From the NCBI GenBank assembly GCA_046570105.1, contig JBKHVI010000019.1, positions 1-42,978 of the forward strand: a DNA stretch of 42,978 bases, written 5' to 3'. Shown here piece by piece: positions 9,771-18,242 of the stretch. The stretch's first letter is position 1; every line of letters starts with the position of its first letter. Made by a program: the position numbers and the translations under genes. The notes under the pieces are model-generated. The model did not search any database. It was not told where the DNA came from and worked only from the letters and a program-made list of their open reading frames with translations. This DNA comes from Bacteriovoracia bacterium. GTDB lineage: Bacteria; Bdellovibrionota; Bacteriovoracia; Bacteriovoracales; Bacteriovoracaceae.

Positions 9771-10316
9771 CTACATGGCGTCTCGGCTCATGCCAAAAAG
9801 GCCCTTCATATCACGCAACAAAATGTGGCTCTTTCCGAGGTAAATCCACTGGCGGACGAAACCAATCAGCATGGCGGCGATAAAGCCGTAAATGACCCCT
9901 GAGTGAACGGTTTTGGCCACCATACCAGTATCATGAGCACCACCCAGTAAAAATCCGATGGAACCCAAAACCAGCATCAACATTGTCCAAGGAATGGTCT
10001 GTCTTTTAGAGAGTGCGGACTCATGAACGAATCGGGCGACGCGTTTCTTGTAAGGCTCAAGATCGGCAGGGGCTTCATCAAAGAGCTCATGTAAATTTTG
10101 CTGCGATTGCAGCACGTTCCAGACGTTTTCCACTAAGCGGGCAACGCCGATAAAGTAAAACATTACGAAAGCCTGGATAAATATCAGGAAAATAAATGAG
10201 GGGATGGCAGTTTGAATGTGGGAGTGCGGCAATGTTACCCACTGCAAAGCGGTGAGAGTGGTCACAGTAATACCTGCAACCATGATAACCAGCAAAGAGC
10301 GGAGTAAATAGGCCAT
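9771..10316 (-). CDS. Four-TM hypothetical membrane protein
   Basis: 181-aa ORF with four hydrophobic segments; divergent from the HEAT/Rieske block. Confidence 0.7.
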   Translation of the reverse strand: MAYLLRSLLVIMVAGITVTTLTALQWVTLPHSHIQTAIPSFIFLIFIQAFVMFYFIGVARLVENVWNVLQSQQNLHELFDEAPADLEPYKKRVARFVHESALSKRQTIPWTMLMLVLGSIGFLLGGAHDTGMVAKTVHSGVIYGFIAAMLIGFVRQWIYLGKSHILLRDMKGLFGMSRDAM

Positions 10317-10383
10317 TGTTGATCTTCCCCAAGTGCGTTGAAGCTACTATTCTGTGCTCACTTATAGCAAAAAGGGTTTTAAG

Positions 10384-11253
10384 ATGTCCGAGGAAAAAAG
10401 CCAACCGGCCACAAAGAAATTATTAGAAAAATCACCACTCTCTGGAATCGCCGTTCCGATAGCGATTGTTTTGGTGGGTGCATTGATCATTTTCGGTGTG
10501 ACGAGAATGCTCTCCAGTGGCAAAAATCATCGCGACTTGGTGACTGAACTTAATTCTAAAACTTTTGGAAATCGTTGGGTGGCCGCCTACGAACTTTCTA
10601 AATATCTGGCTTCAGCTCGTATTCCTGAGAGTGATGTCCCATGGGTGGTGGAAAATCTGGTGCAAGTTTACGATCAGAGCGTAGATGCGCGTACGCGGAA
10701 TTTCATTGTGAAAGCCCTTGGTCTTTTACAACACCCGCTTTCAGTTGAGCTTTTTAACAAAGCTGTGAACGACGAAAATAGTGAAGTCCGTTTTAGCGCG
10801 ATCGTTTCTTTGGGAAATCTTCCTACTGATTCAAAGATCGATTGGGTCAATCTTGAAAAAATCTTAGTCAGTGAAAGTGATGAAGGTCTTAAGCAAGCCG
10901 TCATTTTAACCGTCGCAACACACCGCAGAGAAAATGGAGCACAGCTGCTTCGTCCGTTTTTATTATCACAACAAAAGATGTTGCGATACTCTGCGGCAAT
11001 GGGAATGATTTATTATGCCCCTATGGAAGCAGAGCCTGTTTTGAAGGAGATACTCGCTTTAGGTTACCAAAATGTTACACCGGGAGAGTTGAACGGTGCA
11101 CAAGTTGAGGCCATGAAGCTTAACGTTCTCACCCACATTCAGAAAGCAGGCACAAAACAACTTATTTCTTTGGTTCATGATCTAGTCGAAAAAGATTCCA
11201 ACATTGGCGTCTCGACTAAGGCCCAAGAGCTGGTAAATCTGTTGAAAAATTAG
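10384..11253 (+). CDS. Membrane-anchored HEAT-repeat protein
   Basis: N-terminal TM helix, then repeats such as RWVAAYELS, RTRNFIVKALG, DENSEVRFSAIVSLG and LRYSAAMGM. Confidence 0.8.
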   Translation: MSEEKSQPATKKLLEKSPLSGIAVPIAIVLVGALIIFGVTRMLSSGKNHRDLVTELNSKTFGNRWVAAYELSKYLASARIPESDVPWVVENLVQVYDQSVDARTRNFIVKALGLLQHPLSVELFNKAVNDENSEVRFSAIVSLGNLPTDSKIDWVNLEKILVSESDEGLKQAVILTVATHRRENGAQLLRPFLLSQQKMLRYSAAMGMIYYAPMEAEPVLKEILALGYQNVTPGELNGAQVEAMKLNVLTHIQKAGTKQLISLVHDLVEKDSNIGVSTKAQELVNLLKN

Positions 11254-11270
11254 AAGTTTACGCCCATAAT
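11242..11270 (+). promoter_or_regulatory. Putative sigma-70 promoter of the Rieske/cytochrome b operon
   Basis: TTGAAA(11242-11247)-N17-CATAAT(11265-11270); GGAG SD before ATG 11345. Confidence 0.5.
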
Positions 11271-11344
11271 GACCTCATCCCTTAAGCCCTGTTTAGATTG
11301 AATTTAGTTTGCCGCTAAATTCTTATCGCCTGGAGTTTTCACTC

Positions 11345-11848
11345 ATGAGTGAAGAAGTCAAAACTAGCCTCAATCGCCGCGAATTCTTCAGCTTTCTTGC
11401 TGTTGGTTGGATTACTTTCGGCGCAGCAGTTTCTGGTCTGCTAAGTTTCGTATTTCGTTTCCTCTATCCCAACGTGGTTTTCGAACCAGCAATGGATTTC
11501 GTGGCAGGTTTTCCTGACGAATATCCTGAAGGTGTGGACGAGCGTTGGAAAAACGGTTTCGGAGTTTGGATTTACAAAAAAGATGGTCGCTTCGTCGCAC
11601 TTTCTAACATCTGTACTCACCTCGGTTGCATTCCAACCTGGTTGCCAGCAGAGAGTAAATTCAAGTGCCCATGTCACGGGTCTGGTTACTATCCCAATGG
11701 AATTAACTTCGAGGGCCCTGCTCCTCGTCCGTTAGAGCGTTACAAAGTTTCACTCAATCCAGAAGGGAAAGTGATCGTCGATAAGACGAAAATTTTCCGC
11801 TACGAGAAGGGTGAGTGGAATTACCCTGATTCGTTCATTGATGTTTAA
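11345..11848 (+). CDS. qcrA: Rieske [2Fe-2S] subunit of a Rieske/cytochrome b complex
   Basis: Tat motif NRREFF, TM helix, CTHLGC and CPCHGSGY boxes, GPAPRPL. Confidence 0.95.
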   Translation: MSEEVKTSLNRREFFSFLAVGWITFGAAVSGLLSFVFRFLYPNVVFEPAMDFVAGFPDEYPEGVDERWKNGFGVWIYKKDGRFVALSNICTHLGCIPTWLPAESKFKCPCHGSGYYPNGINFEGPAPRPLERYKVSLNPEGKVIVDKTKIFRYEKGEWNYPDSFIDV

Positions 11849-11863
11849 TTTACTGAGGTAGAT

Positions 11864-12646
11864 ATGTCAGAGCAGAGCTTAGCTGAGAAAGTTGCTAATA
11901 CCCAAGTTTGGAAAGCTATTTTCCGTCACGGTCCACCTAACAATGCACGTAACCGTGCTGCTGTTGTGGCCGGTAACGTTTTCCTTCACCTTCACCCGAT
12001 TAAGCTTAAGAAGTCTGGCGTTCAGCTCGGCTACACATGGTGTATGGGTGGACTGACTTTCTTCGTCTTCTTGGCGTTGACAGTAACGGGTGTTCTCTTG
12101 ATGTTCTACTACCGCCCAACAGCGGAATACGCTTTCACTGATATCATCGGTCTGCGCGAACACGTACCTCTGGGTATCATGCGCGAACTTCATCGTTGGG
12201 GCGCTCACTTGATGGTGATCACCGTGTGGATTCACATGTTCCGCGTCTTCATGACCGGTTCATACAAACCACCACGTGAATTCAACTGGGGTGTGGGTGT
12301 AATTCTTCTCGTTCTCACTCTTCTTCTCTCGTTCACAGGTTACCTTCTTCCTTGGGATCAGCTCGCAATTTGGGCGATTACCGTAGGATCGAACATGGCA
12401 AAAGCCACTCCGTTCATGGGTCACGGTGGTCCAGGTGCGATGCTCGCGAAGATCGGCGACTTCGTGATGGTGTCGGATAAAAACGACGTGCGCTTCCAAT
12501 TGCTGGGCGGCCGTTTCGTAGGTGAAGCCGCTCTTTTGCGTTTCTACATTCTCCACTGTGTATTTATTCCGTTGGTTGTGGCGGTGTTGATCGCTGTTCA
12601 CTTCTGGCGTGTACGTAAGGACGGCGGAATTTCCGCTCCTCTGTAA
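11864..12646 (+). CDS. qcrB: Cytochrome b6-type subunit (split cytochrome b, N-terminal part)
   Basis: WCMGG (heme ci Cys), [10 protein letters not shown]-x13-H ([15 protein letters not shown]), [15 protein letters not shown], and H-x14-H ([16 protein letters not shown]), which is the b6-type spacing. Confidence 0.95.
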   Translation: MSEQSLAEKVANTQVWKAIFRHGPPNNARNRAAVVAGNVFLHLHPIKLKKSGVQLGYTWCMGGLTFFVFLALTVTGVLLMFYYRPTAEYAFTDIIGLREHVPLGIMRELHRWGAHLMVITVWIHMFRVFMTGSYKPPREFNWGVGVILLVLTLLLSFTGYLLPWDQLAIWAITVGSNMAKATPFMGHGGPGAMLAKIGDFVMVSDKNDVRFQLLGGRFVGEAALLRFYILHCVFIPLVVAVLIAVHFWRVRKDGGISAPL

Positions 12647-12658
12647 TCAAGGAAGACC

Positions 12659-13735
12659 ATGATTAAGGAACTGATTAACTATTTATCGTCTCCGGTTTAC
12701 TCCTTCACGGCCGTGACTGCGTTTTTCGCATTCACAATTAAAAAGCCTGAAGTTGTTGCGTCTAAAAAATTTGGTCTCGCATCGCTCATTGCGATCTTGG
12801 TCATTTTTGGTTGGATGCTCACTGATCCGGTCTTTTTCTCTGTTATCAGTCTACCGGATAACATTCCTATTATTATCCTGAACGCGGTCGTGCTTTGGTC
12901 ATGGTGGTTTGCCATGCATAAAGGCGTTGAAAACGATAAGCGTATCGCTCGCGGTGAACCACCTATCGAAGGCACACCAGAGAATCGTGAAAAAGTGTGG
13001 GCTTGGCCTAACCTTGTTTACACCGAACTCTTTGCCGGTATCGCTTGTACCGTCTTCTTGATTGTGTGGGCGATTTTCTTCAAAGCTCCTCTCGAAGAAC
13101 CAGCCAACCCAACTTGGGCACCTAACCCAGCTAAAGCTCCATGGTACTTCTTGGGTCTCCAAGAAATGCTCGTGTACTTTGACCCATGGATGGCCGGTGT
13201 TGTTCTACCGGGAATTATCTTGGTCGGCTTGATCGCGATTCCATTCATCGACGTAAATCCTAAAGGCAACGGTTACTACACTTTCAGTGAGCGTAAATTT
13301 GCTATCACGGGTTTCATGTACGGCTGGATTGTTTTGTGGATTTTCTTGATCCAAGTCGGAACATTCTTGCGCGGTCCAAACTGGACGTTCTACGGTCCAT
13401 TTGAATTCTGGGATCTTCACAAAGCTGTGGCGGAAAACAACGTCAACTTATCGGAGTACTTCTGGATCAAGGGACTCGGCATGGGCCTTCCCAAAAATAT
13501 TTTGGTGCGTGAAATCGCTGGGGTTCTCCTCACGATTGGCTACCTCTTCGTCGCTCCGTATTTTATTACGAAGCACTGGGGTCAGCGCTACCTCGAACGC
13601 ATGGGTGTGATTCGTTACTACATTCTTATTTTTCTTATTCTTGGTACCGCAATTTTGCCAATCAAGATGTACCTTCGCTGGTTCTTTACCTTGAAGTACA
13701 TCGTTGCGATGCCAGAGTTTGAATTGAACCTGTAA
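12659..13735 (+). CDS. Cytochrome b subunit IV-like protein with extra TM helices
   Basis: WPNLV, APLEEPANPTWAPNPAKAPWYF (PEWY-equivalent region) and IPFID; multiple TM helices. Confidence 0.85.
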   Translation: MIKELINYLSSPVYSFTAVTAFFAFTIKKPEVVASKKFGLASLIAILVIFGWMLTDPVFFSVISLPDNIPIIILNAVVLWSWWFAMHKGVENDKRIARGEPPIEGTPENREKVWAWPNLVYTELFAGIACTVFLIVWAIFFKAPLEEPANPTWAPNPAKAPWYFLGLQEMLVYFDPWMAGVVLPGIILVGLIAIPFIDVNPKGNGYYTFSERKFAITGFMYGWIVLWIFLIQVGTFLRGPNWTFYGPFEFWDLHKAVAENNVNLSEYFWIKGLGMGLPKNILVREIAGVLLTIGYLFVAPYFITKHWGQRYLERMGVIRYYILIFLILGTAILPIKMYLRWFFTLKYIVAMPEFELNL

Positions 13736-13763
13736 TTACAGCTAAACGCTTAAGGTATAGAAG

Positions 13764-16595
13764 ATGAAACGTGAACCTGGAATGGCCTACAACATCTCGA
13801 CCCTCAATAAGGTCTTCGCTGTCTTGTCGGTCTTGTTTCTCCTGACTGTCATTTGGGTTGTCCTTGATGACTACATTCGCCCCTGGAAAGCCGTTCAGAT
13901 CAAGGCGATGGATGTTGAGAAACAAGTCATCGCAAAAAAAGTGAAAGAGCTTGAAGGCTCGATGGATGCCCAAAAAGTTAACGAAGCTCAAGCAAACGTT
14001 ATTGCAGCAGAAAAAGTCGTTGAGGCGAATGCAGCCGAGATCTTAAAAGTTCAAGACAAGATCGCCGATGTGCAAAAACGCATCTATGTGCAAAACATGT
14101 ACAACGGTGTGCAAGGTTCACAAGCTGCTGAGTGGCAGTTTAAGTATGAGCACGCTCTCGTTGCCAAGCACCTCGAGGATGCCAAGAAATATAAAAAGAC
14201 TTTTGACGAGTATAAGAAAAATGAAATGGCAGGTAAGGATCAGCTCAAAGCCTTTAATGCTGAAGAAGCTTCTTATAATACTGAGCTCAAAAAACTAGAA
14301 GCCGCTCGCATTGATGCAGAAAAAGAACTTAAGACTCTTACGGGTGATAAAGAGCGTCTTGAAGCCGCTCTCGTTTCAACTGAAAAAAGTCCACTTTGGA
14401 TGCTGCGAAACGCTCCTTTCATCGACTTCCTTGATCCAACGATTAAGATCCGTCAGTTTGTTATTACTAACGCCACTAACGACATGTACTTCCAGCAGAT
14501 CCCAAAGATCGATCGCTGTACGACCTGTCACGTGTTCATTGATAAGCCAGGCTACGAAGACCAAACTAACCCGTACAAGACTCACCCTAAAGTTGATACG
14601 CTCGCGGTGGGTGTAAATTCAGCTCACCCGATTAAAGATTTCGGCTGTACTTCGTGTCACGGTGGGGTTGGTGACCGTGTGAATGATTTCAATTCACCTG
14701 CGCACATTCCGCAAAACGAAGCTCAAAAGAAAGACTGGATTGCGAAGTACCACTGGCATGAACCACACAAAATTGCTCAGCCGATGTTGCCACTACAGTA
14801 CACGGAAGGCATGTGTCTTAAGTGTCACCAAGGTGTAGAGCGCATTCCAATGGCCGATGACCTAAATAAAGGTCGTCAGCTTACTGAGCAGTACGGCTGT
14901 TATGGCTGTCACAAAATCGAAGGCTGGCAGCATCTCGATAAGCCAGGTCCATCGTTGGTGAAAATTACGGCTAAGACGAATATTGAGTGGATGAAGAACT
15001 GGATTTGGAGTCCGCATTCGTTTAATCCGAAATCAAAAATGCCATCATTCTTCATGCAGGCCAATAACTCAGCCCCTGAGTTCATGGCGAAAAACGAAGC
15101 TGAAGTTAATGCCATGGCGACTTACCTCGCTCAAAAGGCGAAGCCTTACAAGCCATTCACCACATTTAAAGGTGGTAACGCTGATAAAGGTAAAGAGTTG
15201 ATTGAGACGGTTGGCTGTGTGGGCTGTCACATGGTCGAAGGCATTGATGAGAAATTAAATAACGTCGGTAACCGTAAGGGTACTTACCTCACAGGTACTG
15301 GTTCAAAAGTTGATGCGGATTGGTTGGTCTCATGGCTCAAGAAGCCGGATCACTACGACCCAACTTCTGTCATGCCATCATTTAGACTTTCTGATCAAGA
15401 AGCCAACGATATCACGGCGTACTTGATGAATCTTAAGAACACCGCCTTTGCCGGCTTGAAGTTCCCTGGACTCAACAAAGAATTACGTGATGAAATCTTG
15501 GTACAAGATTACTTCTCAGCATTTGAAACTCTCGATGTCGCGAAAGCGAAGCTCGCTACGATGAGTGACGAAGAGAGAACAATCGAACTCGGCCGTCGTT
15601 CAATCGGCAAGTACGGCTGTTACTCATGTCACGATATCGATGGATTCAGTAACGATCTTCCACCGATCGGCCCGGAACTTACGAAAGTGGGCTCGAAGCC
15701 GGTTGAGCAATTTGGCTTCGGTCAGCAGCGCCATGTTCCGCATAGCCGCCACGGTTGGATCTCTCAGCACTTAAAGCAACCAAGTATTTGGGATTTGGGT
15801 GTGCCTAAGCCATTCAAAGACCTAAACCGCATGCCAAACTTCTATCTGAAAGATTGGGAAATTGAAGCCATGACTGTGAACCTGTTGGGTCAAGTCGGCG
15901 ACAAAGTTCCTCTCGCAGGTATGAAGCGTTTGGATGCGAACGAGAAGCTTGCAGAGATCGGTAAGAAGATCGTGAATAAGTACAACTGCCAAGGCTGTCA
16001 CCAGATTGATGGTAATGGCGGAGAGTTGAGCAAAGCCTACGACGATCAAAACGCTGGCCCTCCTTATCTTGTTAAAGAAGGTCATCGCGTTCAGACAGAG
16101 TGGTTTAATAACTTCCTTCAGAACGTGCACACCATTCGTCCGTACGTGAAGATCCGTATGCCATCGTTCAATTTCTCGAATGGAGAGTTGAACCATATTG
16201 TGACTTACTTCCAAGCCGACGCGAATCAGCCGACGTTTGAAAATCTTGCGAAGGTGGAGTGGGAACCAGGTGAACGTGAAGCCGCTCAACGTATTTGGAA
16301 CGAGCTTGCGTGTACCAGCTGTCACACGACTGGATTCACTAACGACGAAGCTCAAGCACCAGCTCTTAAGAATGCTAAGATGCGCTTGCGTCCAAGCTGG
16401 ATTGAGTTGTGGTTAACTGACCCAACCGCGATCATGCCTTACACTACGATGCCTAACTTCTGGGAAGGCGGCACGGCAACTTTGGTCGAAGGTGTCTTGG
16501 ATAACGATCCAAAGCGCCAGATCAAGGCGATGGTGAAATGGGTACAAGAGATGGGTAACAACTCTTACCCAACTCCGCTTCCGAAGAATCAATAA
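13764..16595 (+). CDS. Membrane-anchored octaheme cytochrome c with a coiled-coil stalk
   Basis: Eight CxxCH motifs (CTTCH, CTSCH, CLKCH, CYGCH, CVGCH, CYSCH, CQGCH, CTSCH); repeated GP.L...W...P...MP.F class-I cytochrome c units; N-terminal TM helix. Confidence 0.93.
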   Translation: MKREPGMAYNISTLNKVFAVLSVLFLLTVIWVVLDDYIRPWKAVQIKAMDVEKQVIAKKVKELEGSMDAQKVNEAQANVIAAEKVVEANAAEILKVQDKIADVQKRIYVQNMYNGVQGSQAAEWQFKYEHALVAKHLEDAKKYKKTFDEYKKNEMAGKDQLKAFNAEEASYNTELKKLEAARIDAEKELKTLTGDKERLEAALVSTEKSPLWMLRNAPFIDFLDPTIKIRQFVITNATNDMYFQQIPKIDRCTTCHVFIDKPGYEDQTNPYKTHPKVDTLAVGVNSAHPIKDFGCTSCHGGVGDRVNDFNSPAHIPQNEAQKKDWIAKYHWHEPHKIAQPMLPLQYTEGMCLKCHQGVERIPMADDLNKGRQLTEQYGCYGCHKIEGWQHLDKPGPSLVKITAKTNIEWMKNWIWSPHSFNPKSKMPSFFMQANNSAPEFMAKNEAEVNAMATYLAQKAKPYKPFTTFKGGNADKGKELIETVGCVGCHMVEGIDEKLNNVGNRKGTYLTGTGSKVDADWLVSWLKKPDHYDPTSVMPSFRLSDQEANDITAYLMNLKNTAFAGLKFPGLNKELRDEILVQDYFSAFETLDVAKAKLATMSDEERTIELGRRSIGKYGCYSCHDIDGFSNDLPPIGPELTKVGSKPVEQFGFGQQRHVPHSRHGWISQHLKQPSIWDLGVPKPFKDLNRMPNFYLKDWEIEAMTVNLLGQVGDKVPLAGMKRLDANEKLAEIGKKIVNKYNCQGCHQIDGNGGELSKAYDDQNAGPPYLVKEGHRVQTEWFNNFLQNVHTIRPYVKIRMPSFNFSNGELNHIVTYFQADANQPTFENLAKVEWEPGEREAAQRIWNELACTSCHTTGFTNDEAQAPALKNAKMRLRPSWIELWLTDPTAIMPYTTMPNFWEGGTATLVEGVLDNDPKRQIKAMVKWVQEMGNNSYPTPLPKNQ

Positions 16596-16598
16596 GAT

Positions 16599-16625
16599 AA
16601 AAAGGCTCCTTCGGGAGCCTTTTTT
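16599..16625. terminator. Rho-independent terminator, probably bidirectional
   Basis: AAAAA-GGCTCC-TTCG-GGAGCC-TTTTTT immediately after the cytochrome c stop; C(UUCG)G tetraloop. Confidence 0.9.
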
Positions 16626-16646
16626 ATTTCCAGAAATCCGTTTGAT

Positions 16647-16803
16647 TCAATTTCACCCGTTAAGTCCGAATCACAGAATTTTATTTAAAATCAGAGCATT
16701 CTTAAGGACGCCACAAGCTTTCTAGGTGATTTGCTAATTCATCCTGGCACAGGAATCGAAGGCTTAAGAGATCTGTGTGCCAGGATGAGACGGGTGAAAT
16801 TGA
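16647..16803. repeat. Nested inverted repeats (candidate structured RNA)
   Basis: A perfect 14-bp IR TCAATTTCACCCGT(16647-16660)/ACGGGTGAAATTGA(16790-16803) encloses a perfect 13-bp IR TCATCCTGGCACA(16739-16751)/TGTGCCAGGATGA(16776-16788). Confidence 0.8.
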
Positions 16804-16816
16804 TAATCTTTATCAA
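16796..16816. promoter_or_regulatory. Fur-box-like operator
   Basis: GAAATTGATAATCTTTATC matches 16/19 of GATAATGATAATCATTATC; contains the palindrome TTGATAA-TCT-TTATCAA (16800-16816). Confidence 0.6.
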
Positions 16817-16918
16817 ATGAAATTTGACAGCAACACTCGGCCATAAACCAAGAGCAAAAAATTGCGGCTAGCTTGCGTTCAGTCTTAGGCATAAGATGAG
16901 AAGTGCCAGGAAGGCCCG

Positions 16919-18169
16919 ATGGTTCGCAACTACAAGCTACACTTCAAAGAATTACCACATAACTTAAAGCTCTTTTTACTGGGCCATGCTCTCATGGCGT
17001 TCGGAAATTCAGTCCACTCTCTGCTCTTCAATCTCTTCTTGAGAGAGGCCGGACTCAAAGAAGGTGTCATGGGTAGCCTCGCTGCTACAACGTCGTTAGG
17101 AATAGCTTTGATGGCCTTTCCCGCCGCGGTTGTACTCGAGCGCTTCGCCGTCAAACCGCTCTTGATTGTGGGAATCGTCCTTTCATCGGCCAGTTATCTT
17201 TTGCAGGTGATGGCAGAGAGTGTTGAGATGTACACAGTTCTTGGTTTGGTGGGCGCCATGGGTTTGGCGATCTTCAATATTTCGGTCGCACCTTTTATTT
17301 TCCGTCACACTAAACCTGATCAGCGTGTTTACGCTTTCACCATGAACTCAGCCTCTGTGATGGGCTCGCAGCTTTTTGGTTATTTTATTGGTGGCTATCT
17401 GCCAGAAATTTTTGCGGCTCTAAATAGCAATTTCACAGTGCTCGAAACCTATCGCTATTCTATGGCGATCGCTTTGGGTGTGACTCTGCTGTCACTTTAT
17501 CCTTATAGCAAAATTATTCGCGCTGCAGTTCCTCATCAGCGCAGAAATTCCTGGGGTAGTCTGCGCGAAAAAGATTGGCGCACGCTGGGTAAACTCATCA
17601 TGCCCAAAACGGCGATCGCACTTGGTGCAGGTATGATTATTCCATTTATGAACGTCTATCTCTCGAAACGTTTTAATCTTGATAGCTCGGCGATTGGTAC
17701 GGCCTTCGGAGCACTCCAGATTTGTATTTTTATCGGCGTCTTTATGTCGCCTTCGGTGGTGAAGCGCTTTGATCGTTTGGGTTTCATGATGATCACCGCC
17801 CTATTATCTGTTCCGTTCATGCTTACGATGGCGTTTGCTTCAAGCATTGCGCTGGTATTGGGATGTTTCTTTATGCGTGGAATGCTGATGAATATGAGCG
17901 GTCCTACGACCTCACTCTTTGAGATGGAGCGCGTGCGCGAGTCAGATTGTTTGTTTGCTTCATCGATTCTGATTTTCTGCTACAACACCGCGTGGACATT
18001 CTCAACACAAGTGGGGGGCTGGATTATTGAGAACTACGGTTTCAGGTGGTCATTTATCTCTGCTGCTTCATTTTATCTCGCAGCAGTAGGATGTTACTGG
18101 CTCTTCTTTAAGCGCACCGATATGAAGAATCAAAAACCAGTCATTGAGCCAGTTAAAGAAGCGGCTTAA
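16919..18169 (+). CDS. MFS transporter
   Basis: 416 aa with about 12 TM helices; motif-A-like segments AVVLERFAVK and SVVKRFDR; GGWIIENYGF near the end. Confidence 0.9.
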   Translation: MVRNYKLHFKELPHNLKLFLLGHALMAFGNSVHSLLFNLFLREAGLKEGVMGSLAATTSLGIALMAFPAAVVLERFAVKPLLIVGIVLSSASYLLQVMAESVEMYTVLGLVGAMGLAIFNISVAPFIFRHTKPDQRVYAFTMNSASVMGSQLFGYFIGGYLPEIFAALNSNFTVLETYRYSMAIALGVTLLSLYPYSKIIRAAVPHQRRNSWGSLREKDWRTLGKLIMPKTAIALGAGMIIPFMNVYLSKRFNLDSSAIGTAFGALQICIFIGVFMSPSVVKRFDRLGFMMITALLSVPFMLTMAFASSIALVLGCFFMRGMLMNMSGPTTSLFEMERVRESDCLFASSILIFCYNTAWTFSTQVGGWIIENYGFRWSFISAASFYLAAVGCYWLFFKRTDMKNQKPVIEPVKEAA

Positions 18170-18176
18170 ACTGGAT

Positions 18177-18235
18177 TGGACTTTTTTGACCTGCAAGTTA
18201 AAAAAGGCTGGACTTTTTTGACCTGTGGGTTAAAA
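18177..18235. repeat. Two tandem 27-bp direct repeats, each an imperfect palindrome (operator-like)
   Basis: TGGACTTTTTTGACCTG-caa-GTTAAAA (18177-18203) and TGGACTTTTTTGACCTG-tgg-GTTAAAA (18209-18235); 24/27 identical, 32-bp period. Confidence 0.85.
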
Positions 18236-18242
18236 TAGTACT

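Noticed and set aside
11879..16355. Many antisense ORFs in the bc operon (e.g. 15822-16355, 11879-12235, 12260-12601)
   Set aside because: They lie opposite well-supported genes with strong codon bias and have no motifs; they are shadow ORFs.
16690..16740. c-di-GMP-I riboswitch (GGACGC...AAGC resemblance)
   Set aside because: The GGCAAAC and GAAA-tetraloop elements and the P2/P3 architecture could not be found.
16800..16816. FNR site (TTGAT...ATCAA)
   Set aside because: The spacer is 7 nt, not the required 4; the Fur 7-1-7 pattern fits better.
16785..16820. 11-codon ORF MRRVKLIIFIK as a leader peptide
   Set aside because: No properly spaced SD and no informative codon run; likely chance.
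16743..16910. TGGCAC hexamers as sigma-54 promoters
   Set aside because: None has the -12 TTGC at the required spacing; two of them are the arms of the hairpin.
18177..18235. Direct repeats as a mini CRISPR array
   Set aside because: Only two copies with a 5-bp gap, and no cas genes; an operator pair fits better.
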